A stretch of DNA of 64,000 nucleotides from Spirochaetia bacterium (GTDB lineage Bacteria; Spirochaetota; Spirochaetia; SZUA-6; Bin103). The notes under the pieces were generated by a model that ran no database searches, was not told the origin of the DNA, and was given only the letters and a program-made list of their open reading frames with translations. The stretch covers positions 32,001 through 96,000 of the forward strand of contig CBDATQ010000001.1 of NCBI GenBank assembly GCA_965199955.1, written 5' to 3'. The translations under genes were made by a program, and so were the position numbers. Positions within the stretch are counted from its first letter, which is position 1; each line of letters begins with the position of its first letter. Below are positions 1-10,737 of this stretch, in pieces.

Positions 1-160
1 AGACGGAGTCGCGCGGCAGGCTGGCGGCGATGTCGTCCACCGGCACCAGGTCGTTGCCGGCGACGATCTCGAACCGGTCCGGCAGCCGCCCCAGGATCAC
101 GCGCATCACGTTCTTGCCGATGCGCCCCATGCCGTTGAATCCGACTCTCAGCTTTGCCAT
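1..160 (-). CDS. gap: Glyceraldehyde-3-phosphate dehydrogenase, N-terminal part (runs off window start)
   Basis: Manual translation from ATG at 160 gives MAKLRVGFNGMGRIGKNVMR...EIVAGNDLV, the GAPDH N-terminal NAD-binding motif. Not in the ORF track. Confidence 0.88.
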   Translation of the reverse strand, partial: MAKLRVGFNGMGRIGKNVMRVILGRLPDRFEIVAGNDLVPVDDIAASLPRDSV

Positions 161-227
161 CGTGCCGGACCATACCCGTAGTGCCTCCCCTGTGTCTTCG
201 CTGGCGGGGCGCGGTAGAATCGGCGCC

Positions 228-2507
228 GTGAACACGCAACCTGCCGCGGGGGCCGCGTCGCCGAGCGTCGGCATGCCGACGCCGCTCATCGACGGGGAGG
301 CGCGCGTGCGCGGCCGCCTCCGCTTCACGGCGGACTACATCGACCGGCGAACCCTTGCCATGCGCCTGGTGACCAGCCCCTACGCGCACGCCCGCGTGCG
401 CTCCATCGACACGGAGGCGGCGTGCGCGCTGCCCGGCGTGGTGCGCGTCCTGACCGCGGCGGACCTGCCCGAGATCACGCCCACGACCCGCGTCCGGCTG
501 CTGCTGGCGCGCGACCGCGCGCTGTTCGCCGGCCACCCGGTGGCGCTGGTGATCGCCGAGACCGAGGCCGCGGCCGAGGACGGCGTCGACGCCGTGATGG
601 TCGACTACGAGCCGCTGCCGGCGGCCACCACCATGGACGCGTCCGTCCGGCCGGGCGCCCCGCTGGTGTGGCCGGAGGGGGTGCCGGGCGAGGACGCGGA
701 GGCAGCCGACCACGGCGCCGACGTGGGCGGCGCGGCCGACGGACCCGTCGCGCCGTCCAACGTCGCCAACCCGGTCGGCTTTCAGCGCGGCGACGCGGAC
801 GCCGCGCTGCGCTCCGCGTACCGGAGCGTCGACCTCACTTTCGAGGTCGACCGCGTCCACCAGAGCTATCTGGAGCCGCACGCCACCATTGCCGAACCCG
901 GTGAGGAGCGCGGCGCGACGGTGCGGAGCGCCTCGCAGGCGCCCACCAACGTGCAGAAGGAGTCGGCCGCGCTGCTGGGGGTGCCGCCGTCCGACGTCGA
1001 CGCCAAGGTCATGCACGTCGGCGGCGGCTTCGGCGGCAAGTTCATCCTCTACGAGCCGCTGGTGACCGCGGCCGCGCGCGCCATGGACGCCCCGGTGCAG
1101 CTCGTGATGACCCGGCGCGAGGAGTTGCTGGCCGCGCAGCCGGCGGCCGGCGGGCGCCTGCGCATCCGGCTCGGCGCGGACGAGGACGGCTCGCTGACCG
1201 CGGTCAAGGCGGACCTCACCTACGACGGAGGCTGCTTTCCGAACTCGCCGACCGGCATCGGCGTGATGATGTGCGGCAGCATCTACCGGGCGCCCAACAT
1301 CGACGTCCGCGGCGTCACCGTGATGACGCACAAGGCGTCGATCGGCGCCTACCGCGCGCCGGGGATGACCCAGCAGGCGTTCGCGATGGAGAGCGCCATG
1401 GACGAGCTGGCGATCGCCCTGGACCTGGACCCGCTGGAGCTGCGACTGCGCAACGTTTCGCAGGCGGGCGATGAGCTGGCCGACGGCAGCGAGTGGCCGG
1501 ACATCGGCATGCGGGAGGTGCTGGAGAAGCTGCGCGCGCATCCACTCTGGCAGAAGCGCGAGAGCCTGGCGGCTTCCGGGCGCGGCGTCGGGGTGGCGCT
1601 CGGCGCGTGGTTCGGGGGCGTGGATGCCAGCAACGCCGGCTGCACGGTGGAAGAGGACGGCGGCATCACCGTGCACCTGAACGCCGTGGACCTGACCGGC
1701 GTCAGCACCAGCGTGGTGCTCCTGGTAGCCGAGGAGATCGGCGTCAGTCCGGACGCGGTGCGGGTGCGCTGGCAGGGGCAGGTCGACGGCCCCTACCACC
1801 TGTCCAACGCCGGCGGCAGCAAGACGCTCCGGTCAGTGGGGCCCGCGGTGACCGCGGCGGCCCGCGACGCCAGGGAGCAGCTCTTCCGCGTGGCGGCGGC
1901 GCACCTCGAGGCGGACGCCGCCGACCTGGAGATCGCCGACAACGCGGTGCGCGTCAAGGGCGTGCCGGAGTCCGCGGTCGCGATCGGCGAGCTGGCCGGC
2001 ATGCGCGCCCTGCACGGGCCGATCGCCGGCCACGGCCGCAGCGCTCCGGGCGGACGCACGCCGGCCTTCTGCGCTCAGATGGCGGAGGTGAGCGTGGATG
2101 AGGAGACCGGCCGCATCACCGTGCACGGTATCGTCATGGCCCAGGACGTGGGCCGCGCGATCAACCCGCTGACGGTCGCCGGCCAGATGATGGGCGGCGC
2201 CGCGCAGGGAGCCGGCTGGGCGCTCTGCGAGCGGCTGGTCTACGACGAGGACGGCCAGCTCCTCACCGGCACGCTGATGGACTACGCGGTGCCGTCCGCG
2301 AAGGACATCCCACCGATCGAGACGCTGCTGGTGGAACGGTCGTCCGGCAACGACCCGCACGGCGCGCGCGGCGTCGGCGAGCCGCCGATCATCGCCACCG
2401 CCGGGGCGATCGCCAACGCGGTCCGGCACGGCAGCGGCCGGCGGGTGACCGCGGCGCCGCTCATCCCCAGCCGGGTCCTGGCCGCACCGAGGGCCGCCTC
2501 TGCCTGA
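228..2507 (+). CDS. Xanthine dehydrogenase-family molybdopterin-binding large subunit (CoxL/CutL-like, not CODH)
   Basis: SPYAHARVRSID, GGGFGGK, AYRAPG loop, QDVGRAINP and GVGEPP motifs. GTG at 228 lies 7 nt after TAGAAT. Confidence 0.9.
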   Translation: MNTQPAAGAASPSVGMPTPLIDGEARVRGRLRFTADYIDRRTLAMRLVTSPYAHARVRSIDTEAACALPGVVRVLTAADLPEITPTTRVRLLLARDRALFAGHPVALVIAETEAAAEDGVDAVMVDYEPLPAATTMDASVRPGAPLVWPEGVPGEDAEAADHGADVGGAADGPVAPSNVANPVGFQRGDADAALRSAYRSVDLTFEVDRVHQSYLEPHATIAEPGEERGATVRSASQAPTNVQKESAALLGVPPSDVDAKVMHVGGGFGGKFILYEPLVTAAARAMDAPVQLVMTRREELLAAQPAAGGRLRIRLGADEDGSLTAVKADLTYDGGCFPNSPTGIGVMMCGSIYRAPNIDVRGVTVMTHKASIGAYRAPGMTQQAFAMESAMDELAIALDLDPLELRLRNVSQAGDELADGSEWPDIGMREVLEKLRAHPLWQKRESLAASGRGVGVALGAWFGGVDASNAGCTVEEDGGITVHLNAVDLTGVSTSVVLLVAEEIGVSPDAVRVRWQGQVDGPYHLSNAGGSKTLRSVGPAVTAAARDAREQLFRVAAAHLEADAADLEIADNAVRVKGVPESAVAIGELAGMRALHGPIAGHGRSAPGGRTPAFCAQMAEVSVDEETGRITVHGIVMAQDVGRAINPLTVAGQMMGGAAQGAGWALCERLVYDEDGQLLTGTLMDYAVPSAKDIPPIETLLVERSSGNDPHGARGVGEPPIIATAGAIANAVRHGSGRRVTAAPLIPSRVLAAPRAASA

Positions 2508-2565
2508 CCGGCCTGCGCCGGACGCACGGCCGCGTGACGCGGAGCCGGCGCTCCCGTCGCGCCTC

Positions 2566-3495
2566 GTGCTGGGCACCGCCCGCCTGGCCGCCGGAGGTGT
2601 TGCGCTGCCGGGCGCGCTGCGCGGAACGCCGGCGCTCGCGCTCCTGGACCGCGCGTTCGAGCTGGGCATCCGGACGCTGGACACGGCGGCCATCTACCAG
2701 CTCGGCGGCAGCGAACGGCTGCTCGGCGCCTGGATGCGGAGCGCGGGGGTCCGCGGGCGGATCTACCTGATCGGCAAGGGCGGACATCCGTCGCTGCTCG
2801 GCCGCGCGCGGCTCGGGCGCGGCGACCTGGAGCGCGACCTGCAGGCGTCGCTGCGGCGGCTCGGCACCGATTTCCTGGACCTCTATCTGCTGCACCGCGA
2901 CGCGCCCGGCGCGCCGCTGGAACCGATCGCGGAGACGCTCCGGTCGTTCTTGGCGGACGGCCGCATCCGCGCCTACGGCGTGTCCAACTGGACCCATGAG
3001 CGGTTCACGGCGCTGCACGAGCTGGCGGTGAGCCGGAAGCAGCCGCCGCCGGCCGCTTCGAGCCCACAGTTCAGCCTGCCGCGGTGGGTGACGACGCCGT
3101 ACCCGGGCTGCGTGTCGATCGGCGGGCCGGACGGCGCCGCGGCGCTGCGGACCTACCGCGAGGCAGGCGCCGCGGTTCTGGCCTGGTCGCCGCTCGGCGG
3201 CGGCTGGCTGCGCGCGCCCGGCGCGCGCGCGCGCGGCCGGGCGTACCGGGGCGCCGGCAACGACGCGCGCCATGCCCGCCTGGCGACGCTGGCGGAACGG
3301 ATCGGCTGCACACCGGCGCAGGCGGGGCTCGCCTGGGTACTCGCGCACGGCCGCGGCGTGCACGCGATCGTGGGCACGCGCCGGCCGGAGCGGCTCGCCG
3401 AGTTGCAGGGCGCCCTGGAGCTGTCGCTGAGCGCCGGGCAGATCGACTGGCTGGCGAACGGCGACGGCGGGACCGCACCGGCGGCAGCGTCGTGA
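2566..3495 (+). CDS. Aldo/keto reductase (true start possibly CTG at 2500)
   Basis: LDTAAIY, SLRRLGTDFLDLYLLHRD, GVSNW and AWSPLGGG motifs. Confidence 0.87.
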   Translation: MLGTARLAAGGVALPGALRGTPALALLDRAFELGIRTLDTAAIYQLGGSERLLGAWMRSAGVRGRIYLIGKGGHPSLLGRARLGRGDLERDLQASLRRLGTDFLDLYLLHRDAPGAPLEPIAETLRSFLADGRIRAYGVSNWTHERFTALHELAVSRKQPPPAASSPQFSLPRWVTTPYPGCVSIGGPDGAAALRTYREAGAAVLAWSPLGGGWLRAPGARARGRAYRGAGNDARHARLATLAERIGCTPAQAGLAWVLAHGRGVHAIVGTRRPERLAELQGALELSLSAGQIDWLANGDGGTAPAAAS

Positions 3496-5108
3496 GCGAC
3501 GCCGACGCGATCGTGGTGGGCTCCGGCGCGGCAGGCGGCTGGGCGTCCAAGGAGCTGACCGAGGCGGGGCTGCGCGTGCTGCTGCTGGAAGCCGGGCCGG
3601 AGCGCACGCCGGCGCGGGCCGGGCGGGCGTGGGCGACGCGGCTGTGGCGGCACGCGCGCGGCGCGCAGACGGTGCAGGAGCTGCACAGCGAGTACTGGAT
3701 CAAGGATCCCAACCTGTTCGTGAAGGACGTCGAGCAGGGGTACTCGACGCCGCCCGACCGCCCGTTCGTCTGGATCCGCGGACGGCAGCTCGGGGGGCGC
3801 ACGCTGCTCTGGGGCGGGGTGACGCTGCGCCTGTCCGACTACGAGCTGGCGGCCGCCGAGAGCGACGGCCACGGGCCGCCGTGGCCGATCCGCTACCGGG
3901 ACCTGGAGCCGCACTACGACCGCATCGAGCGATTCCTGTGCATCCACGGCACGCGCGAGGGGCTGCCGCAGCTTCCGGACGGGCAGTACGTCGGCGCGCG
4001 CCCGCTGACGCGGGCGGAGCGCCGCCTGGGCGACGGGGTGGCGGCCGCCTGGCCCGACCGGCGGCTGATCCCGTCGCGCGGGTTGGCGCTGGAGCGCCAC
4101 GGCGGCCGCGAGCCGCGCCTGAACAGCGTGGGCACCAGCATCGCCGCGGCGCGCGCGACCGGGCGGCTGGAGGTCCGCACCGGCGCGGCGGTCAGCCACC
4201 TGATCCCCGGCGGCCGCGCGGGCGGCGCCGGCGGGGTGCTGTACGTGGATGCGGCAACGGGCGCGTCGCACGCGGCGAGGGCGCGGCTGATCGTGCTGTG
4301 CGCCTCCACGATCGACACGGTGCGGATACTGCTGGCCACGCGGGTGGAGCATCCCGAGTTGACGGTGAGCGAATCGGACTGCCTGGGCGGGTACCTGATG
4401 GACCACGTGATCGTGGGAACGGCGGTGGAGCTGGACGGCGTCCCCTACGAGCCGCCCGCGCCGTTCACGGGCGCCGACTCGTTCCTGGTGCCGCGGTTCC
4501 AGAACCTCGACGGCGCCGGCGCCGGCGCCGAGCCATACCTGCGCGGCTACGGCCTGTGGGGGATCATCCAGCGGCGCGGATACGCCGGCCGCCGCGGCCG
4601 GCCGGCGCTCGGCCTGGTGGTCGCGCAGGGGGAGATGCTGCCGCGGTCCGAAAACCGCGTGGAGCTGAACGGCGAACGGAGCCGCGACGGCCTGCGCGGC
4701 GTCCACATCAGCTGCGCCTGGGGCGACAACGACCGGGCCGTGCACGCCGCCATGGGCACGGCGGTCGAGGAGATGATGCACGCCGCCGGCGGGCGCATGG
4801 TGCGGCGCTTCGCAGCGCTGTCCCGGATGCCCGGCATGCTGGGGTTGCCGGCGCGCCTGGAGCGGTTCTGGCTGGAGCCGCCGCCGGGCGCGTTCGTGCA
4901 CGAGGTGGGCGGCGCCCGCATGGGCTCGGACCCGGCCGACTCCGTGGTCGACCCGCGCAACCGTTGCTGGGGGATGTCCAACGTGCTGGTCACCGACGGC
5001 GCCTGCTGGCCGACCTGCGGCTGGCAGAGCCCGACGCTGACCATCATGGCGGTCACCGGCCGCGCGTGCTCGCTGGCGGTGGCCGATTTGCGCCGTGGCG
5101 ACCTCTGA
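3492..5108 (+). CDS. GMC family FAD oxidoreductase (sugar/glycoside dehydrogenase-like)
   Basis: VVGSGAAGG, GRQLGGRTLLWG, LGGYLMDH, HEVGGARMG and PTLTIMA motifs. GTG start overlaps the upstream TGA. Confidence 0.9.
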   Translation: MSDADAIVVGSGAAGGWASKELTEAGLRVLLLEAGPERTPARAGRAWATRLWRHARGAQTVQELHSEYWIKDPNLFVKDVEQGYSTPPDRPFVWIRGRQLGGRTLLWGGVTLRLSDYELAAAESDGHGPPWPIRYRDLEPHYDRIERFLCIHGTREGLPQLPDGQYVGARPLTRAERRLGDGVAAAWPDRRLIPSRGLALERHGGREPRLNSVGTSIAAARATGRLEVRTGAAVSHLIPGGRAGGAGGVLYVDAATGASHAARARLIVLCASTIDTVRILLATRVEHPELTVSESDCLGGYLMDHVIVGTAVELDGVPYEPPAPFTGADSFLVPRFQNLDGAGAGAEPYLRGYGLWGIIQRRGYAGRRGRPALGLVVAQGEMLPRSENRVELNGERSRDGLRGVHISCAWGDNDRAVHAAMGTAVEEMMHAAGGRMVRRFAALSRMPGMLGLPARLERFWLEPPPGAFVHEVGGARMGSDPADSVVDPRNRCWGMSNVLVTDGACWPTCGWQSPTLTIMAVTGRACSLAVADLRRGDL

Positions 5109-5125
5109 AAAGGGGCGGCCGGCCG

Positions 5126-6409
5126 GTGAAACGGATCGCCATCGTCGCCATCGGCTCCTGGGGCGACGTGGGTCCTCTCATCACGCTCGGCGCAGGCCTT
5201 GCCGGTGCCGGCTACGAGGTGGTGCTGGTCACGCACGCCGCCTACGCGGACGACGCCGGCCGCGTCGGCCTGGACTTCGCGCCGCTGTCAGGCGATCCGG
5301 TGGCGATCCCGGAGGACGAGCGCGGCCGGCAATGGCTGGAGTCCGGCGGCAACGGGCTGCGTTTCGCCCTCCATCTGGTCCGCATCGCCCGCCCACTGCA
5401 GCGCGCGGTGCTCGACGAGGCGTACGCCGCATGCCGCTCCTGCGCGGCGGTCCTGCACACGCCGTTCGCGTCGTTCGCCACCCACGTCGCCGAGCGCCTG
5501 AAGCTGCCGAGCATAGTCGTCGGCCAGCAGCCGGTGACCCGGACCGGCGCGTGGCGGGCGTTCCTGGTGCCGGACGGCTTGCCCCTGGGCCGGGCGAGCA
5601 ACCGGCTGTCCTACCGGCTGATGGAGCAGGCGATGTGGCAGCCCTACCGGTCCGGCTTCCAGCGCTGGCGCCGTGACGCGGGCATGCCGGACGCCGGGCC
5701 GTTCGGGCCTGCCGCCCGGCTGTACACGGGCCGGGTGCCGGTGGTGTACGGCTTCAGCAGCCTGGTGGTGCCGCGCCCGGCCGACTGGCCCGCGTGGCAC
5801 CATGCCGCCGGCTACTGGCCCGCGCCGGCGCGGGGGGCGTGGAACCGCGATGATGACCGGGTCGCGGCGTTCCTCGAGGACGGGCCGCCGCCCGTGTTCG
5901 TGGGCTTCGGCAGCATGACCTCCCGCAACCCGGAGCGCGTGCTGGCGCGGGTGATGGAGGCGTTGCGCGTCGTCGGACGCCGGGGGCTGCTCACCGGCGC
6001 CGGCAACACCGCGCGCGCGCTGCCGCCGCGCATGCAGGCGCGGGACATGCTGATCGCCGAAGGCTTCTCGCACACGCGCGCGCTGCCGAAGGTGGCGGCG
6101 GCCGTCCACCACGGCGGCGCCGGCACGGTGGCCACCAGCCTCATGGCCGGCGTGCCCACGGTCGTGGTGCCGTTCTTCGCCGACCAGTTCTTCTGGGGCC
6201 GGCGCGTGGCCGCGCTGGGGGCCGGTCCGGAGCCGCTGCCGATGGCCCGGCTCGACGCTCCCGGATTGGCCGGCCGGCTGCGTGCCGTGCTAGCCTCGCC
6301 GTCGATGCGGGAGCGGGCCGCCGGCCTGGGCGCACGGCTGCGCGCCGAGAACGGCGTTGCGGCGGCGGTGGAACTGATCGACCGCCACCTGGCGACGGCG
6401 CGTGGCTGA
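5126..6409 (+). CDS. Glycosyltransferase family 1 (sterol 3-beta-glucosyltransferase-like)
   Basis: GSWGDVGP, VFVGFGSM, VHHGGAGT and PFFADQFFWG motifs. Confidence 0.9.
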   Translation: MKRIAIVAIGSWGDVGPLITLGAGLAGAGYEVVLVTHAAYADDAGRVGLDFAPLSGDPVAIPEDERGRQWLESGGNGLRFALHLVRIARPLQRAVLDEAYAACRSCAAVLHTPFASFATHVAERLKLPSIVVGQQPVTRTGAWRAFLVPDGLPLGRASNRLSYRLMEQAMWQPYRSGFQRWRRDAGMPDAGPFGPAARLYTGRVPVVYGFSSLVVPRPADWPAWHHAAGYWPAPARGAWNRDDDRVAAFLEDGPPPVFVGFGSMTSRNPERVLARVMEALRVVGRRGLLTGAGNTARALPPRMQARDMLIAEGFSHTRALPKVAAAVHHGGAGTVATSLMAGVPTVVVPFFADQFFWGRRVAALGAGPEPLPMARLDAPGLAGRLRAVLASPSMRERAAGLGARLRAENGVAAAVELIDRHLATARG

Positions 6410-7154
6410 GCGGTCACGGGTCCCGCGCAGGCTCCACCAGATCTGGATCCAGGGCCAGGAGCACCTGCCGCCGCGGCTGGTCGACCTGCAGCGCACCTGG
6501 CGGGAGCTCAACCCCGGCCACGAGTACCGCCTCTGGGACGAGCCGGCGCTGCGCGGGCTGATCGCGGCCCGCCACGCGTGGTTCCTGCCGACCTGGGACC
6601 GCTACCGGCACCTGCACCAGCGGGCGGACGCCGGCCGGCTGTTCGTGCTGTACGAGCTGGGCGGCTTCTACGCGGACGTGGACGCGCGGGCGCTGCGCCC
6701 GCTCGACGAGCTGACGGCGATGGTCCCGCACGCGCGGGTGATCACCTCGGCGCTGCCGTTCGCGGGACTGGACCGCCGGCTCATCTCACTGGCCTGCGGG
6801 ACGCGGCGGCTGATCACCAACGCGATCCTGGGCATGGAGCCCGGACTGGACGAGTGGCTGCAGGTGTTGCGGCGGCTGCCGAGGCGATCGACGTTCCTGC
6901 GGTTCCACAAGGAATTATCGATAGCGTTCGGAACCGGACCGATGTTCCTTGCCGGCGCGGTCGACCGTGCGTTTGCCGACTGTCGCGGACAGGTGGCGAT
7001 CATGCCGGCGCGGATGTTTGAGCGGCGGCTGGGGTACCAGCCCTTTTTCCCCGCGCCGCCCGACGCGTTCATGGACCACCTTATGGACGCGTCGTGGCAT
7101 TCTCCGTGGCTGCAGCGGCTGCTGAAGCTGTACTACGGCTGGCTGTACCGCTGA
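6402..7154 (+). CDS. Glycosyltransferase family 32 (DxD, OCH1/Sur1-like mannosyltransferase)
   Basis: VPRRLHQIW, W...NP.HEYRLWD, ADAGRLFVLYELGGFYADVD and H...ASW motifs. Confidence 0.87.
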   Translation: MAERSRVPRRLHQIWIQGQEHLPPRLVDLQRTWRELNPGHEYRLWDEPALRGLIAARHAWFLPTWDRYRHLHQRADAGRLFVLYELGGFYADVDARALRPLDELTAMVPHARVITSALPFAGLDRRLISLACGTRRLITNAILGMEPGLDEWLQVLRRLPRRSTFLRFHKELSIAFGTGPMFLAGAVDRAFADCRGQVAIMPARMFERRLGYQPFFPAPPDAFMDHLMDASWHSPWLQRLLKLYYGWLYR

Positions 7155-9449
7155 CCGCGCGCGCCGCGCGGGGAAACGGCAGGTCAGCAGCGCCGGCAGC
7201 ACGGTCAGCGCGCCCGCCGTGGTCGCGGCGATGGCGATGCTCAACAGCAGCCCGAACCGGCCGACCGGCACGAAGGTCGATCCCACCAGCGCCAGTAGCC
7301 CGAAGCAGATCGCCCCGGACGTGACCAGGATCGGGCAGCCGGCATGGGCGACCGCCGCGCGCATGGCCTGCTCGCGCCCGGCGCCGTGATTGCGCTCGCG
7401 CTTGTACCAGACCAGCAGGTGCAGCGCGTCGTCGATGCCGATGCCGATCGCCAAGCTTGCCACCATCACCGACAGCGCGTCGAACGGCACGCCGCCGGCG
7501 GCCATCAGCGCCGCGGTCGCCATGATCCCGATCGCCAACGGCGCCACCGCGGCGAGACCCAGGAGGATCGAGCGCAGCGCGATCGCGGTCAGCACCACCA
7601 CCAGCACCGCGCTGGAGAGGGCGGTGATGATCTGGTCGCGCCGCAGGAGCTCGGACAGCCGCAGCCCGAACATGCTCCAGCCCCACAGGTCCGAGCGAAC
7701 CTCCGGCAACCTCTCGTCCACCGCTTCGCGGACGAAGGAGGCCAGCTCGGCCGTCCCGGCTTCGTACAGGTAGCCGCCGGTCGATCCTTCCATCACCCAC
7801 AGGCGGCTGGTCAGGGTCGTCGCGCCGTCGCCAAGGCCCGGCCCGGAGCGGGCCGCGGCGGCCAGCGTGCTCATGCGCGCCGCCAGCTCGATCAGCGGCC
7901 GGTCGGCCGCCGTCAGGGGGCCGGGAGGCTCGCCGCCGGCGGCCGCGCGGCGCAGCGCGGTCAAGCTGGTGGTGAAGGAGGAGATGTGGCTGACGTCGGG
8001 ATGCGCGGCCAGCCGCGCTTCCAGGTCGTCCACGGCTGACAGCACGTGCGGGAGCGCGAAGTAGCGGACGGTGTCGTCAGGGGCCTGCAGGGTGAGATTG
8101 AGGTCGATGAAGCTCCCGAACTCGCGCATGAACTCGGCGTTGGCGGCCACCGCTTCGCTCTCGCCGCGCACGTGTCCGGCGAAGTCGGTTTCGTAGTGGA
8201 CCGCCGGCAGCGCCACGGCGAACAGGACCAGCACCAGCGCTGCGCCCGCGAGGGCCGCGCGCGGCGCGCCGGTGAGGGTCACCGCGAACCGCTGCAGCAC
8301 GGAGAGCACGGCACCAGGCCGGCCCCGCCCGGCTTCGGGATCGCCTCGGCGGTGCAGTTGGTGCAGCGCCGCCGGCAGCACGGTCAGGCAGAGCAGCGCG
8401 CCCGCGGCGACGCCCGCGGCCGATATCAGGGCGAACTCGCGCAGGCGCAGAATGCTCGACAGCACCAGCGTGAGCAGTCCGGCGATCGTGGTCGCCGCGG
8501 CCAGCGCCACCGGCCGGATGACCTCCGCCGCGGCGGGGAGCACGTCGCGGGATCCGCGCCGGAAGCGGAATGCCAGATGCACGCCGTACGAGCTGGTCAG
8601 CGCCAGCACCAGGATCGGCACGACGAGCGTGATGATCGCGATCGGCACGCCGGTGAGTCTCATCAGCCCGGTCGCCCAGACGGCGGCGCTGGCCGCCACC
8701 GCGACCACCGACAGCGACACCGGCAGCCGTCCCAACGCGGCGAGCAGCGTCAGGATGACCACGCCCGCGGCGAGCAGCCCCAGGATCGGCGGGTCGCGGT
8801 TGAGCGCGGCCAGCGTGGCCTGATGCAGCGGGATCCAGCCGGCCAGCGTCACCTCGTAGTGCGCGCGCAGCGCGTCGAGGGCCGGTTCGATCGACGCCAG
8901 GAACTCCTGGTAGTCCGGAATCACCGTGACCGCGTACACCAGCGACAGGGCGGTCCCGTCGGCGGCCAGCACCAGGTTGCGCGCCTCCGGGGCGTCACGG
9001 AGCGCCGCGCGGACCCGCTCGGCCTCGGCCGGCGTGGCCGGCGCGCGTCCGTCCGGCAGCGCCGGCGCGAGCTGCAGCCGGCCGCCTTCGAGGCGGAACA
9101 CCGGCAGGTTCAGCGGCGTCACGGAAGAGACCACCAGCGGCTGCGAGGAGATGGCGCGGTCCGCCTCCTCCAGCCCCTGCAGCGAGCTCACCGCGAACGG
9201 CTCGTCGGCGCGCAGCATGACGATCAGGTAGTTGAGGTCCCTGTCCGCCTCTCCGTAGGTTTCGAACAGGCGCTGTGCCTCGTCGTCGCGCGGCAGCAAC
9301 CGCACCACTTCCGGATCGACGCGCACGCCCGTGGCCGCCAGCCCGAGGGCAACCGTGATCGCCACCCAGACGACGATGATCGCCCGTGAGTGGCGGAGGA
9401 CGGCGGAGGCGGCGCGCAGCGAGCGCGCGGACGGGCGGGCGGCGGTCAC
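6915..9449 (-). CDS. MMPL/RND-family lipid exporter
   Basis: Two repeats of extracytoplasmic loop plus TM bundle, and a GIGIDDALH motif. The 3' end overlaps GT32 and is uncertain. Confidence 0.85.
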   Translation of the reverse strand: MTAARPSARSLRAASAVLRHSRAIIVVWVAITVALGLAATGVRVDPEVVRLLPRDDEAQRLFETYGEADRDLNYLIVMLRADEPFAVSSLQGLEEADRAISSQPLVVSSVTPLNLPVFRLEGGRLQLAPALPDGRAPATPAEAERVRAALRDAPEARNLVLAADGTALSLVYAVTVIPDYQEFLASIEPALDALRAHYEVTLAGWIPLHQATLAALNRDPPILGLLAAGVVILTLLAALGRLPVSLSVVAVAASAAVWATGLMRLTGVPIAIITLVVPILVLALTSSYGVHLAFRFRRGSRDVLPAAAEVIRPVALAAATTIAGLLTLVLSSILRLREFALISAAGVAAGALLCLTVLPAALHQLHRRGDPEAGRGRPGAVLSVLQRFAVTLTGAPRAALAGAALVLVLFAVALPAVHYETDFAGHVRGESEAVAANAEFMREFGSFIDLNLTLQAPDDTVRYFALPHVLSAVDDLEARLAAHPDVSHISSFTTSLTALRRAAAGGEPPGPLTAADRPLIELAARMSTLAAAARSGPGLGDGATTLTSRLWVMEGSTGGYLYEAGTAELASFVREAVDERLPEVRSDLWGWSMFGLRLSELLRRDQIITALSSAVLVVVLTAIALRSILLGLAAVAPLAIGIMATAALMAAGGVPFDALSVMVASLAIGIGIDDALHLLVWYKRERNHGAGREQAMRAAVAHAGCPILVTSGAICFGLLALVGSTFVPVGRFGLLLSIAIAATTAGALTVLPALLTCRFPARRARSAVQPAVVQLQQPLQPRRMPRRVHKVVHERVGRRGEKGLVPQPPLKHPRRHDRHLSATVGKRTVDRAGKEHRSGSERYR

Positions 9450-9463
9450 GGTGGAGTGATCCT

Positions 9464-9481
9464 CAATATACCCCTATATTG
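9464..9481. promoter_or_regulatory. Inverted repeat forming back-to-back TATATT -10 boxes (MMPL / sucC divergent promoter)
   Basis: CAATATA-CCCC-TATATTG, an AT-rich island in the 64-bp divergent gap. Confidence 0.6.
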
Positions 9482-9513
9482 CTCATCGGCCGACCGTTCG
9501 GTCACCGGTTCCC

Positions 9514-10698
<1,185 letters not shown>

Positions 10699-10737
10699 TG
10701 CCCGTGCCGAGGTGCCCGTTGACAGGCCGGTACTGAC

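Noticed and set aside
228..2507. Aerobic CO dehydrogenase CoxL
   Set aside because: Lacks the AYRCSFR/AYRGAGR loop and has no adjacent coxMS
3629..6409. Apparent long fusions in the ORF track (also 42290-44815, 43945-47121, 59661-62240, 48460-49905)
   Set aside because: The N-terminal extensions overlap other genuine genes; real starts are internal
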